Assembly: GCA_964016885.1 (NCBI GenBank)
Contig: OZ024745.1
Location: forward strand, 56,234,001 to 56,298,000
Length of the DNA: 64,000 nt
Direction: 5' to 3'
From: Eledone cirrhosa
Taxonomy: Eukaryota
The notes beneath the pieces were generated by a model. The model made no database searches. It saw nothing but the letters and a program-made list of their open reading frames with translations, and was not told the origin of the DNA. Made by a program: the position numbers and the translations under genes. This document shows, in pieces, positions 1 through 12,349 of the stretch. The first letter of the stretch is position 1; each line of letters opens with the position of its first letter.

Positions 1-159
1 TTTGTCTTTGATATTAGTCAATAAGCAATTTGCCTTAATCTCCCTGACTGTACAGGTCCACAGGAAATGTCTTCTTTGACAACTTATGGAGTATATATTT
101 ATACTCGTGTTTTTATGCCGCTAAAATTTTAAAAACCTGATGATATAAATAAACATTTT

Positions 160-1010
160 GGCTGAAGGAACTGGGGGAAAATAAAATAAATGTGAAGAAA
201 AGAATGGTATCCATGCAAGCCAATAAATCCCAATTGGAAAGCTCCTGGACCTGATGGCGTCTGGACCTTAACTGCTAATTGATAAAGAAAATCCTTGCAG
301 ATTGTAAATGATGGCACTTAACCGTTGGGGTAGGTGCACTATAAAAACAGCTACGAGATGATCCCCCAGAGTTTAATATTTTAGTGTCTGAAACTTACTT
401 AAGTGCCTTTAGAAAGATCGATGTCCAGTTGGGGAATTGAGTTAATTTCCTGTCTTGGTTTATTTCAGAGAGACAGTTTATCACCACGCTTATTTGTCAT
501 CTGCAAATCCCCACTGACACAGTCCTGAGAAGTAAGATCAACTACGAAGAAAGTAAGTTTTGGTGGGACTTCATTTAATGCGATAGAAAGGCAAGAAAGC
601 CAGGTATTTCACTTGTGAACAAGAAGAAAAAAGAGACCTAAATTAACGATATAATTCTCCTAGAAGTCATACAGTGAAAGTTAAAAGGGATAAAAAGATG
701 GAGGTGTATGAACCACGAAGGTGTCGATTGGAAAGTTGTGGGTGATGAAGAAGGTTTTAGTGATAAGATCATTAGGATGCATATCGGACAGTTTTCAGGA
801 CTATGCAAATATAATCGGAAAATATGCAAGGATACAGGGCATACAGAAGACAGCACCTTTTGGCACAGTTAGGGTTTTAAGGAAAGTCTTGTCCATGTAA
901 TGCAGTAAGGGGCCTTAGTCAACCTGTTGGTGACTGCTCTCTAACAGTAATATCCAGATGCTTGAACATCTAAGTGTCTGAGCTTTACAAAAATGAACCG
1001 TAATAATAAC
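160..1010 (+). mobile_element. Degraded R4/Dong-like (RLE-endonuclease) non-LTR retrotransposon 3' fragments
   Basis: Broken frames read PNWKAPGPDGV (~228-260), ARKPGISLVNKKKKE (~591-635, resembling the RKPDIV motif) and a terminal QKTAPFGTVRVLRKVLSM* (~844-900). A short (TAA)n follows at ~1000. Confidence 0.65.
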
Positions 1011-1011
1011 A

Positions 1012-1222
1012 CTAATTGTTTCTACTTTAGACAAAAGGCAGCAATTTGTAGGGGAGGGGAAACTCGATTAAATCGAACTCAGTATTTACTGGTACTTTAT
1101 TTTATCGACTCCGTAATGATGAAAGGCAAAACTAACCTCGGAGGGATCTGAACTCATAACGTAAATGGATGTAACTCTATGCCGTGAAGCATGGTGTCCG
1201 TCGCTCTACCAATACTGCCAAA
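1012..1222 (-). mobile_element. tRNA-derived SINE, family A (long variant)
   Basis: Minus strand has an A-box-like TGGCAGTATTGGTAGAG, a B-box-like GAGTTCAGATCCC and the core GCCTTTCATC..GTCGATAAAATAAAGTACCAG shared with at least 5 other copies in the window. Confidence 0.85.
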
Positions 1223-1229
1223 TAGTAAT

Positions 1230-1830
1230 AGTGAGAACAAGGCAAATAAGATAGTGATGGAATGCTATATCAAAAGTGAAACTACCAGGAGAGGATACAG
1301 GACAAAATGAAAGCAAATGAGAAGTTAACAACAGTGAAAATTGAAGAGATCAGAAGTAAAGTTATATTTGAAATGAATAATGGCTTCAGAGATGTAGATG
1401 TTAGAGTAGAGAATGCTAATCAATCAGAAGAAATGAACAAGTCAGCTTGGCTGGAATAGATATTAATGAAAATGATATTTTGGTGGTCGCAGGAGAAAAA
1501 GGATTGAAGGAAGAGAAATGTAACATTGTGCAACTGCTATCTACAAGGATAAGAAAAGAAGATGATCATTCGCCAAACTTAAGATAGATTGGGAGAAACA
1601 AGGCGAAAGCCATTGCTGGTTAAGTTTACTCGGTGAATGTAATGATTGAACCAGTAAATATCACAGGAAAACAGACTTCTACAGCCTGCTGTATATGTAG
1701 CAGCAGAATTAGGACGATATAAGAAGATGATTGTGGAAAAGATATCTAAAATTGAAGAACTACAATTGAGGAAAAAAATCAGGTTTTTAAAAGATCAGGG
1801 CTGATTTGGGAAAAATAAACAGAATTACAA
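1230..1830 (+). mobile_element. Degraded N-terminal region of an R4/Dong-like LINE ORF
   Basis: Purine-rich broken frames with RLLQPAVYVAAELG-like and WKRYLKLKN-like remnants, recognised by eye only. Confidence 0.4.
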
Positions 1831-1869
1831 ATGTAAATGTCCAGAATAAAAAGTTCACATCGATACTAG

Positions 1870-2470
1870 AGCATGGGCATGGTTTTTATATTACCAATGG
1901 TGTTATTGACGCATTCTACGGCAATCTTGATCTTATCCCATTAGATGTTTTCTATGGGTAGGATAACCGGTGGTAAGTCAACCCGGATGATATCTCTTAA
2001 CCTTGATAATAAATTCATTTCATATTCAGTCAACACCTTGATGTTATCATTCTCATTATCGAAGTCTACCCTCTGCAATCTCACTCCCGTTTCGGTTGGA
2101 TGGAATGGCATGGTAGCTCGTATTTCCTCAAATCCACTGATGCATTCTCTAATAGAAATTTCTTCATCAAACTATGCCCCCTCTTCCAGATCTTCTTTGT
2201 TCACTTGATTATTCAATTCTTCAGCGTCTGTCTTTGCATGGACTATGCGAGTCATCTCTACTAGTTCTATTTCAGATAATACGTTCTTGCTTCTGATGTT
2301 TGTAATATGAAAAGCCTGCCTTTGACAAGAAATTTCTCTCATCCTTATTTCCATCCACAATTCGTGCATCATTTTCATGTATACATTCTTCCGATGGATC
2401 ACTCCTAAAATAACATTCCTATAATACCTTACTCTCAGCCTGGGTCCACTTAGATTAGATTTTCCGATTC
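1870..2470 (-). mobile_element. Degraded N-terminal region of an R4/Dong-like LINE ORF
   Basis: WTQAESKV..ECYFRSDP followed by ORF 2172..2402 (YMKMMHELWMEIRMREISCQRQAFHITNIRSKNVLSEIEL), resembling the N-terminal block of RLE-type elements. Confidence 0.55.
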
Positions 2471-4030
2471 TACATTATCTTTTGAGCAACTTCTTTACCC
2501 AACCACGAGGAGTGGTGAGCAGGTGACCAGTACTCCCGAGTCGGGCGACTCGCACTGCTTAGCATTTTCGTGAACCATAATCTTCAGTTTGCAATTATTA
2601 TGATGCCTTTCCATATTTATAAAATGGGTAAAATGGTATTTTTCCATGTACCTAAGGATTTAGGCAATTTCCCATTTTCCAGTGTTTTTATTGAGACAAC
2701 ATTCCTAGGCTTCTGGCTGGGAAAATCCTGAAGGATATAACTTTGTTTAGAACTGTCCTATATGAGCCATATCGTCATACCATAGTGATGTGCGGCACTA
2801 ACACCAGCCTTTCCAGGCTATTGGGCTCTCCAGTCCCGACTGTTTCACCGTTTGTTGAAGTGGATGTCCCTTTGTTTTAAAGAGGCCATCCGCATTTTAA
2901 CAGTTCTTTTTGTGCTTCACGTGTTCCACTTACTGTCCTCACCAGAGCATAGTCTGTTGGTGGAGCAGGTTTAGTCACTGACCACCTGATCATGAAGCAG
3001 GTTGTACTAGATTTCCATTTTCATTGAACTATAAAGCAAATAATTTTCCACACTATTCTACATATTCGGGTGTCCTTAATTATTATACAAATACTATTTT
3101 AGCATTTATGTACAGATTTTAACATTTCTCTCAGTTTAAATGGTTATCCTCTATCAGACTTATTTTGTGTTCTTTGATATTCCATTATACTAAAAGAGAT
3201 ACTTGCGTCTACTGTCTATATAATGACTCAGTAGGGCGTTCTGCTTATGGCCTCTGGGTTTAGAACCGGATCTCATCTTTAGATTACACTGGACTTGAGG
3301 TTCAATAATTTCAGTCGACTTTCAAGATATTTCCAACTGATTCTGTGTCTAAATGTCCATTATATAGTTTGCAAAATGTTCTTTTTGTTCCCCGTAGAGT
3401 ACATGAATTATCATCCATTAAGAAACACACACACACACACAGGGTTCAACAAAATAGGACATATTTTGCTACTAGCACCATTTCAATAATAGAAGCTACA
3501 TTCATATATTCATGTGTAACACCTCTCTCATACTGGTCAATAATCTTATTATGTTTTGCCTTTTATCATTTACTTTAGTTTCACATACGCGTGTATTAAT
3601 ATGTTTTTGTGTACATACAGTTGAGTCTTCTACATTTCAAAAACTAGAATTGTATATACGATTACATTCGGATTAAATCATTTTAAAATTGTTACCAGGC
3701 ATTGTGTGCATCCGTATTTATATTGGCCTCTATTATCTAACGTGTTTTTACTTGAAATGTTACATTATACTAATCCTGACATTCACTCACCAGTTCCTTC
3801 TTACTAGAGTATAATCCGACACTACTGAGGTGAAGTTATCACAGTATGGAATTGCATTCCATCAATAATATATATTAAAATAACAGTTTATCAAGGCCTC
3901 TTCGGATTTTATCTTCACTTATATCATTATTACTATATATATATATATATAAAGAGAGGGTGTTTGTTTTCTTTATTCATCCCATGTTTCGATGGCTTCC
4001 TGCGCAGTATATAAATATACACACGCACAC

Positions 4031-4125
<95 letters not shown>

Positions 4126-4467
4126 CATAGGCATATATAACAATTTTTCAAAAACGTCGGGATATGGTTACTTGATTTAAGAGTTTGGTTTAACTGATGC
4201 AAACTGTACAAGTCCTGCAAGAATCATTTTCATATAGATTATTTTACCCTTTCTACTTGACGTATTGAATAATTTCATTATGTTCCCCTTCGGTACCTAA
4301 CGGAACAACTTTCGTAGAATATATATATTAAGTAACTACAGAGAAATTGCCCAGTAGGTCGTCAAAATTCTTATTAGATTGACATAGATAGAGTATTGTA
4401 TCTCCAGAGTGAACTGTCAACATTGCTTTCTCACATAGCACCTGAGTCCTAATCTTATTTATTCCTA

Positions 4468-4688
4468 AAGGGCGGTGGATTGGTAGTACCGGTCGAGGGT
4501 CGGACGCCATGTTTTACAGCAGAAAGTTACGGTCCTTTATGATCTGAGTTCAAATCCGGCCGAGGTTCACTTTGCCTTTCATCCTCACGAGGTCGATAAA
4601 ATAAAGTACCACGCACTGGGGTCGATTTACTCGACTTTCCTCTCCCCTCAAAAGACTGTCCCTGTGCCAATATGAGAAACCATTATCA
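4468..4688 (+). mobile_element. tRNA-derived SINE, family A (long variant)
   Basis: GAGTTCAAATCCGGCCGAGG B-box plus the CCTTTCATCC...GTCGATAAAATAAAGTACC core, ending GAAACCATTAT. Confidence 0.85.
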
Positions 4689-4723
4689 TATATAATTAAA
4701 GTTGACGAGATGTATATATATAA

Positions 4724-4812
<89 letters not shown>

Positions 4813-4846
4813 GATTTTCTAGTTTTGACTAGGAAATCCATGTTCA

Positions 4847-4919
<73 letters not shown>

Positions 4920-4929
4920 AACGAGTAGG

Positions 4930-5025
4930 ACCCCGACGACTGAGCTCAAGCCGTTTCGACGGCTAATTCTGGACTAAATGAACATTTTTATCCTGGTATA
5001 TGAATAGCCGAGCTTCTCAGGGGGT
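4930..5025 (-). ncRNA. Type I hammerhead ribozyme with a damaged core
   Basis: Stem I ACCCC/GGGGU. Core reads CUGAGAA, one change from CUGANGA. Stem II CGGCUA/UAGCCG, then GAAA, a stem III containing palindromic UGAGCUCA, and a GUC cleavage triplet. Confidence 0.65.
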
Positions 5026-6089
5026 AATTCCATATATGGTAAAGGTGATTGTCGCAAGGATTGGTGAAAAGTTTGTTGTTGAGACACATAATTCTATCAT
5101 GGCAATTTGTGGAAGGAAGGGTAGCTGAACCTGCAGGTGGAAGAAAGAGGGAGAGGGGTGGAGTAAACCCAGTCGTGCGTTGATAGTGCCAACTACAGCA
5201 GGGCAGGAGGTCAAGCAAGTATACTAGGGAGGGGGAGGGGGAGGAAGTCGAAACAATAAGTAAAACAATATGGGGTAAATATATAGAAGAATACCAAGAA
5301 TGTTAAAAGTATAAAAAAAACAAAACAATTTCTGGTTACTATTCCCTAACGACAGCCATCAAGTCTCTCACTGCTACTGCTAAACTATAGAAAAGTTTAC
5401 TAGGTGGGAGGGAATTATAATGAGACTATTTTAAGAGTTAGTAGTAACCAACCGAGTATATCTTACGGTGACAGAACAACAAGTGGGGGGCCAAAATACT
5501 AAAGAAACTACCACGAAATAATAATTCAGAGTCCCGAGACTAATACAAAATAATTGTTTCTACCCTAGGCACAAGGCCAGCAACCACCCAGTGCAAAAAA
5601 TAAACTAATACGAAATAATAATTCAGAATCCCGAAAATGAATACTAATACTATCTCTAAGGGTGCCGCTACGATACAAAAATGCTAGTGCAAACTACATA
5701 AATGCTCGTACGAAGTACATGAAAAATTTGATACGGAAAATTAATTCAGAATCCCCCCACCCCAAAAAATAAATACTGATATACGAGAAATTAAAGCAAA
5801 GATACCACTAAGAAATGTAGAAAGCACGGAAATGGGGCAGCCATCGGATAAGAAAGCAAGTATCCGGGGTCTATCACATCTAGAAGGAAATATAGAGGAA
5901 GCGATAAAAAGATATAAAAGATCTTACGTCTACCTTTGCAAAGCAGGGGTTACCCATTACAAAGTCGGCAAGTGGGGTGTTACCGCCCTTGTCTACCCCC
6001 CCCCCCGGGTCATTATGGGGTTTGAGGGCGAGGTAAGTCCTACGCACGCAATCTGTGTTTGCATTCAGTTACCAGTTCGTCTTTCTTGT

Positions 6090-7620
6090 TTAGGAGTTGG
6101 TCCGTCGAAAATAGCATTTATAAAGTTGCCTCCGAGCATAAATTGCACGGACGGCATCCTCCCGTGTAAGAGTTGGCTCTGGACAGTAAGCTCCAAGTGA
6201 GATCATAGGTAATATTGTTATCCTTGAGGTCCCAGATGTGGCCCGAAAGTGTGGTGGCGTGACGCCGGGCAGGGTTTCAGAAGTTATGTCTGTGTTGGTA
6301 TAGCCGGGTCTTGAAGTCACATGCAGTTAATCCTATATAAGCTTTGTTGGAGGTGTCCGTCCTCACGTTGCACTGATAGATCACATTACGATCTCTGCAT
6401 CTGTTGTCGAGGGGGAAAATGGATCCATCAGGACAGTTGCACCTCCTGGTCGGCTCTCCACTGTTATTTAGGTTATTTCTTCCATAGGCGTTGAGATTTT
6501 GGTTGTTAGAGGAGACCATGTTTTGTGCAAAGTTTGGTGTAGTGCTGTAGGAGAGTTTGATGGTATTTTTGTTAATTATGTTGTGGTAGCGGTGTTGTAG
6601 TGGGAAGTGTTTTTCGATGAGCCTAAAGAAGATTTTCCCGATAGGAGTTGTCACCTCGGCGTTGTGAGGAGGATTGAACCATGTTACATTGCGTGAGCGG
6701 CGGTGTCGCCTGCTGGTTCCGCTAGTGGAAGCTGGACAGTAGGATATTTTCTCCCGGAAACCACTCCGCTTGAGGGCCTGGTTGTAATAAGGCGTATGTT
6801 CCTGGAATATCTGCTCATTAGCGGACAAACGAGATATGCGGAGGGAGATGTTTTTAACCAGGTTATTGATGTTCCTAGGATGGTTTGACCGGCGGTGGAT
6901 GTAGTGCTGGTTGTCGCTGGGTTTCCTGTATGGGTAGTACAGATCATTATCGAGGTCAAGGGTAACGTCCAGGAAGTTTACTCGGGTCAGGGACCTTTGT
7001 AGGGTTATTTTAAATCCCTAGTCGCGGAAGAAGCTGATTAATTGTTTACGGACCCGGTCTGTACTACTGGGATTGTACCCTTTAAGGGTAAGGAGCCCAT
7101 CATCGCGGTACAATCCACCGCCGAATGCAGGAAACATATCGGTGAGTTTAACTAATAGGAATAATCCTCTAAGATCTGTGACCTCAGCCGAATCCGTCGC
7201 GCCCATACTGACGTCGAAGGGTAAGTCGGGAGCTCTCTTTATCCATTTTGGAGTTGTCGAAGAGTAGGACTGGCTTCTTGGCGTGGAGGATGATGTTTAT
7301 TTCCTGGTCGGTGATGAGCGCAAGTGTTTCGGCAAAGTCCAAGGCAGCCGTAAGTAGCGGTAAGGTAATTGAAGCATAGTAACTCTCTATGTCAAACTGG
7401 ATGAATTTTGTGTCTCGTTTGTCCTCCATATTGCTGAACCATGAGATTACTTCCTGGGTGTTGACCCATAGGCTAATTCTGGCGTTTTGCTTAACTTTTG
7501 GTATAACGCGGTCTAGGATTTTTTTGCTGATTCTCCCTATGTCGGACTTCGTTGGGTTTATAAGCCTGATAGAAGGTTTACGGTCGAAATCGGATTTGTG
7601 GTCCTTCAGTGTGAAGTAGG
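6090..7620 (-). pseudogene. Penelope-like RT plus GIY-YIG endonuclease, frameshifted
   Basis: FIQFDIESYYASI, MGATDSAEVTDL, LYRDDGL (RT catalytic motif), WFNPP, CNC..PLDNRC, and VIYQC...YIGLT..FKTR (GIY-YIG) across ORFs 7184-7429, 7018-7206 and 6277-6828. Confidence 0.9.
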
Positions 7621-7721
7621 GTGTCTGTGGGTCCTACTCGTTCCTATTACCCACTCTACTACCCTAAGTATTGAGTACTTTAGCGTTATGGTCCACTTTG
7701 ATCCTTACCACATTTCCTTCG

Positions 7722-7761
<40 letters not shown>

Positions 7762-8769
7762 TATAGTATATGGAGTTATATTTGTGTGTATCAATGAATG
7801 CGCACGTATACATGCATGTGAGTGGGGGAAAGTCATATAGATATATGAAAATTATTGTTTTATTCTATATTTATTGCTTTCATTTCATCTTAGTAATTTA
7901 AAATGTATGAATATTTTGAGCAAACCATCATTGTCATATTTTCCCATCATTTACACAAGTAAGAATTGATGCTTAACTAGCACAAGTCACAACTTCTTCC
8001 AAACAATTATAATCATTAAACAGCTACATCCCTGAAGACTGTGTTGGTAAATTTGCTTGTAAACAATTCAAGAGAACAGAATTGTTTATAATTCCCTTCC
8101 CTCTTTCGTATAACTCCACCCCAAACATTTATATCAGAAACACCTTTTTTTCTCCTTTTTTAATGTGTCAAAATGTCAGCTATTACAAGGAGCCTCCCAA
8201 ATTATGCCTAAAACCTAATTCATCTGATGTACTATTATGTTTTATAGTTTATTTTATATTTATTACACATCCGCTACAAATATCAATATTACTGATTATA
8301 TAAATATAGCTAAATACAATACCAGCGTACAATAAACAATAAATAGATAGATGTATTATTGATTTAATATCTAGGATGCTTCAGAAATATGTATGCATAT
8401 GTGTATGTTCGTATGTATGTATGTGTGTGTGTACCTGCGTGTGTGTGTGTGTATGTGTATGTGCGTATTTGTATGTTGTTTTAGTTAGTTGCATTGTAAA
8501 CATGATTTCACATCAGTACACATGAATCACGAATTTGTACGTACGGATCTTGATCTGACCCCATAGTGCGCAATGTGAATTGTATCCTCGGCGGTTTTCT
8601 GTTTCTTGAATAAGGTTAAGAGAGATGGAGGGGCCAGTAGGGTTATAAATAAGTGTAAAGAAACCCTCTTAAAGCCTCCAATTGCATTTCAACTTCTTTT
8701 ACTATATTTTTACTCGTATGGGTTATATTAAAAACGTTACTTTGTGTGTGTTAAAGATCCGATTCGGTC

Positions 8770-9030
8770 ACGAATGTGCATGGTGATTTGCACTTAGTAA
8801 TTTCTTCTCCGAAGCACATGTCCGAGCAAGGTTGTTTGTAGAAGACCAGCAGTCACCAATACATACCAATATCCCCTCGACACGCCACCGGTGTTGTCCA
8901 AGGGAAAGACAATTGTTGCTATAGCTTGGCACCAGTGATGTCGTAACTAATTTCTGCAGCTGAGTGAACTGGAGTAACTTTCTAAACAACACAACGCAGC
9001 ACACGGTCCGAGACTCGAACTCTACTGTTA
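8770..9030 (-). mobile_element. tRNA-derived SINE, family B (degraded)
   Basis: Shares CAGCTGAGTGAACTGGAG..AACACAAC..GTCCGAGA.TCGAACTC with 17020-17125. B-box GAGTTCGAGTCTC lies on the minus strand. Confidence 0.65.
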
Positions 9031-10320
9031 TTGCCATTATATCCCTAACAATATTAATGTATCTTACTTATCACTTCATATCTTTATTTATATTAAACTT
9101 TTTCTTTTCATTTGAGGATGTAATTATAAATTACTGAAGTGGTGTTTCCTGGGTCGCTAATTGTAGTGGCTAGTTTCGTAACAGTTTTTTTAAGAGGGTA
9201 TACATGCCATTTACCATGCGATCATTTTAAATAGTCAAATGATTGAATATGTTTGCATATAATCTATATGTTCTCAAACTTATTCTAAGGTCAGTTAAAC
9301 AGACCTAAAATTATTCTGTACTGAGATTGTCTAAAATAACCGCAATATGCCCGGAATTGTCGCCCTGCTACACAACAATCGACTCACGTCTCTTTTCTTT
9401 TCGAGGAGAATTAAAACTACCACAACTATTAGCATTTGCTTTTTGCTTGCTTTTTTTCCGTTATTGCTGAAATGTTAATGGATTACGTTTCTGGCAATTC
9501 AACTTATGTATGTCAGCTCCAATTAAAATATATATCCTTAGAAATGCCTTTCAAAATGTTACACCATATTATCATCTCAACTAAAATATTTTGTTCGTGT
9601 ATCTTCCAGTATTTCACAAGAAAATCCTCATCACATCCATTGATTTCTCAGTCGGGTGCACCAGTTACACGATGCCAGGATTATCCACCCCTAGACGAAA
9701 CGCCTAATTTCCTATCATTTCAATAAAATAGTTCACAAATTTGTATTGAATTATAGTTGAGGAAACTATTTCTCAGTTGAGCATAATTGAATGACATCAC
9801 ACAACAGGTGTCATTGCTTCCATTAAGTTCACAAACGTTGTATATCTGATTGTTCATTATACAGAAAATACGCAGCTAATAAAAGGTGCGCTGTAGGCTC
9901 CAAGTATAAACATTCACATCTTGATGTGTGCATGTATAATGACTACATCCAGGTTAAGAAATCCTGGCAGGATGGCATATAATCCGGTTCTATGAACTAT
10001 GAAACAGCGACGTCATGGATTTTAGTCATTCCACCTTAAAACATGGTTCTTTTCAAAATATTACGTTTTTCATATAAATGTAAAGAATGCAATAAGTTTA
10101 TCTAACGATATATCATTATATGCATATTTTTTTTTTCAATTTGAATTATATATATATATACTAACAGAATGGCCCGACGTTGCTCGGGATTTGGTCTAGG
10201 GTTCTTATATGTTTGATATATATTTATCATTATCGAACCTCGTGAAATAAATACGTTTGTTTATATTTTGTTATTGTGTATGCAAAAATATCTGTACACG
10301 AATATATAATTATATATATA

Positions 10321-10440
10321 TATTAAAATAACAGATTAAAGTTTAAGCAAAGAATCGTTGCGTTCACCCTTAACGGGATCTTCTGAAACTAAAAAACTCA
10401 ATATGTGAACACAGAAATAAATATTTCCCAAAACGTTACA
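10321..10440 (-). mobile_element. Solo Penelope 3'-terminal fragment, same family as 29402-31320
   Basis: Similar to 29402-29525 and to the reverse complement of 31106-31229. The tail of the same family appears at ~10196-10245. Confidence 0.75.
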
Positions 10441-10447
10441 CACACAC

Positions 10448-10478
<31 letters not shown>

Positions 10479-10523
10479 CGTAAAATAAGAAAATTATAAA
10501 ATTAACTTACTTACTAAAATATC

Positions 10524-10605
10524 ACTTCCAACTAATTAGTTTCTGGAATGGAATAAATATATTTTCCGAAGAAGATGCAGAGAAGCATTCCATCGTCAGG
10601 GAGGT
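10524..10605 (-). ncRNA. Type I hammerhead ribozyme
   Basis: ACCUCC-CUGACGA-UGGAAUG...CAUUCCA-GAAA-CUAAUUAG (palindrome)-UU-GGAAGU. Confidence 0.8.
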
Positions 10606-11041
10606 CTATTCTCATCTAAGTATCCAGGCAAAGCGTGGACACTGGAAACTTATTAAAAAATAATTCAGTGGATAGGAAATAGCAAAGCGTGGACTGAATT
10701 CCTAGCCATTGAGAAAATCACTACCTCTGCGTCGGTGGCAAATTCAAAAAGAATCAATCACGTGACATCGAGGTCAATCAGTGGAAAGTGGTTTGCTAAT
10801 AAGACAGCGGCCTGCTACCATAGCAGCAGTCATGGCCAATATTGCTCGACAAATAATTTGGAGATAATTATAAAGAATTAATATCTAGTAACATATATAT
10901 ACATACAGATGCATATCAATGCTAGCAAATATATAGGTTTTGTCTTAGTAACTTTGTGGTTCAATGCATGGGGTTGCAGAACAATAATATGAGAGACGTA
11001 AAATAAGAAAATTATAAAATTAACTTACTTACTAAAATATC

Positions 11042-11123
11042 ACTTCCAACTAATTAGTTTCTGGAATGGAATAAATATATTTTCCGAAGAAGATACAGAG
11101 AAGCATTCCGTCGTCAGGGAGGT
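11042..11123 (-). ncRNA. Type I hammerhead ribozyme (second tandem copy)
   Basis: Same motif as 10524-10605, offset by 518 bp. Confidence 0.8.
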
Positions 11124-11542
11124 CTATTCTCATCTAAGTATCCAGGCAAAGCGTGGACACTGGAAACTTATTAAAAAATAATTCAGTGGATAGGAAATAG
11201 CACACACTTTATATACATATATATGTGAGTGTGTGTGTATATATGTATATACACACACACACACAGAGCGTCATAATGTAATGCAGACAGCCAGACTTAC
11301 AGACAGATATTATAAGAGCGCAACGTTATATCTATGTATCTATCTAAAAAGAAAGACTAAGAATTATAGAGAGAGATCGCTAAATCGCCTAATGCGGTCC
11401 CTAGGGCATTGAAAGTTTGAAATTGTTCTTGCTCAAAACACTCACAGGACCACAAGTATTACAAGTGTAAAGATTGAAAAGAATCGGTTGGGTAGTTCTC
11501 GAGTTTTAGGCAGTCAGACAGACAGACAGACTTTCTCTATTT

Positions 11543-11648
<106 letters not shown>

Positions 11649-12233
11649 CGTGCTCGCTAATACCAACTCACTGTATGTACGTACATGTGTGTTCTTGTTG
11701 CTATATAGTGTCATAAATATCTGATTTGTTGTTTGATGCATCGAACGAAATTTATAGAATTGCTACATATTATTGCAACGTATAATTGATAGTCTTTCAC
11801 GTGTGAAAATAAATAGTTGAGCAGCTGTGTGAAGATTAATGAAAATTCTGGCAAAGGCGTCACACACGTAAAGACAAAAATGTGACAAAGCGTAAATACG
11901 CAAGTAGTAGAAAGCCTTATTTTTTAAATTAATACGTTGATCAGAAGAGCGTACCAAGTCAAGGATATTGAAAAATAGTATTCCTAACATAAAACAGAAC
12001 CGATTTCTAAAAGCAAAACAATACGTTGAAGATTACGAAGTTTCTAGGGATCATTATCAGTCATCGACATACTATGAGGTGAAAAATAGAAAATCACATG
12101 TCCCGTTTTCATTACTACTTCTAAATGTATATATGAGTTATATTTTATTGTCTCCAAAATAATGCAAAAGACCATATTTAAAATATTCTATATCTGAAGT
12201 TGTTCACTTTCGCATATATTATACCACCTGTAG

Positions 12234-12349
<116 letters not shown>

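Larger units (their letters stand above)
4915..7722 (-). mobile_element. 5'-truncated Penelope-like element (Neptune-type) with a 3' hammerhead and an inverted terminal fragment plus tail
   Basis: Frameshifted RT and GIY-YIG ORFs lie at 6090-7620. 4915-4933 is the reverse complement of 7629-7647. Both ends abut (TA)n tracts. Confidence 0.85.
10471..11202 (-). mobile_element. Retrozyme-like element: about 1.4 copies of a 518-bp non-coding unit with two hammerheads
   Basis: 10471-10684 is repeated at 10989-11202 (period 518). The unit is homologous to 27625-28360. Confidence 0.8.

Noticed and set aside
10471-11202. CRISPR-like array or LTR retrotransposon
   Set aside because: No short repeat-spacer periodicity, no TG..CA ends, PBS or PPT, and the context is eukaryotic.
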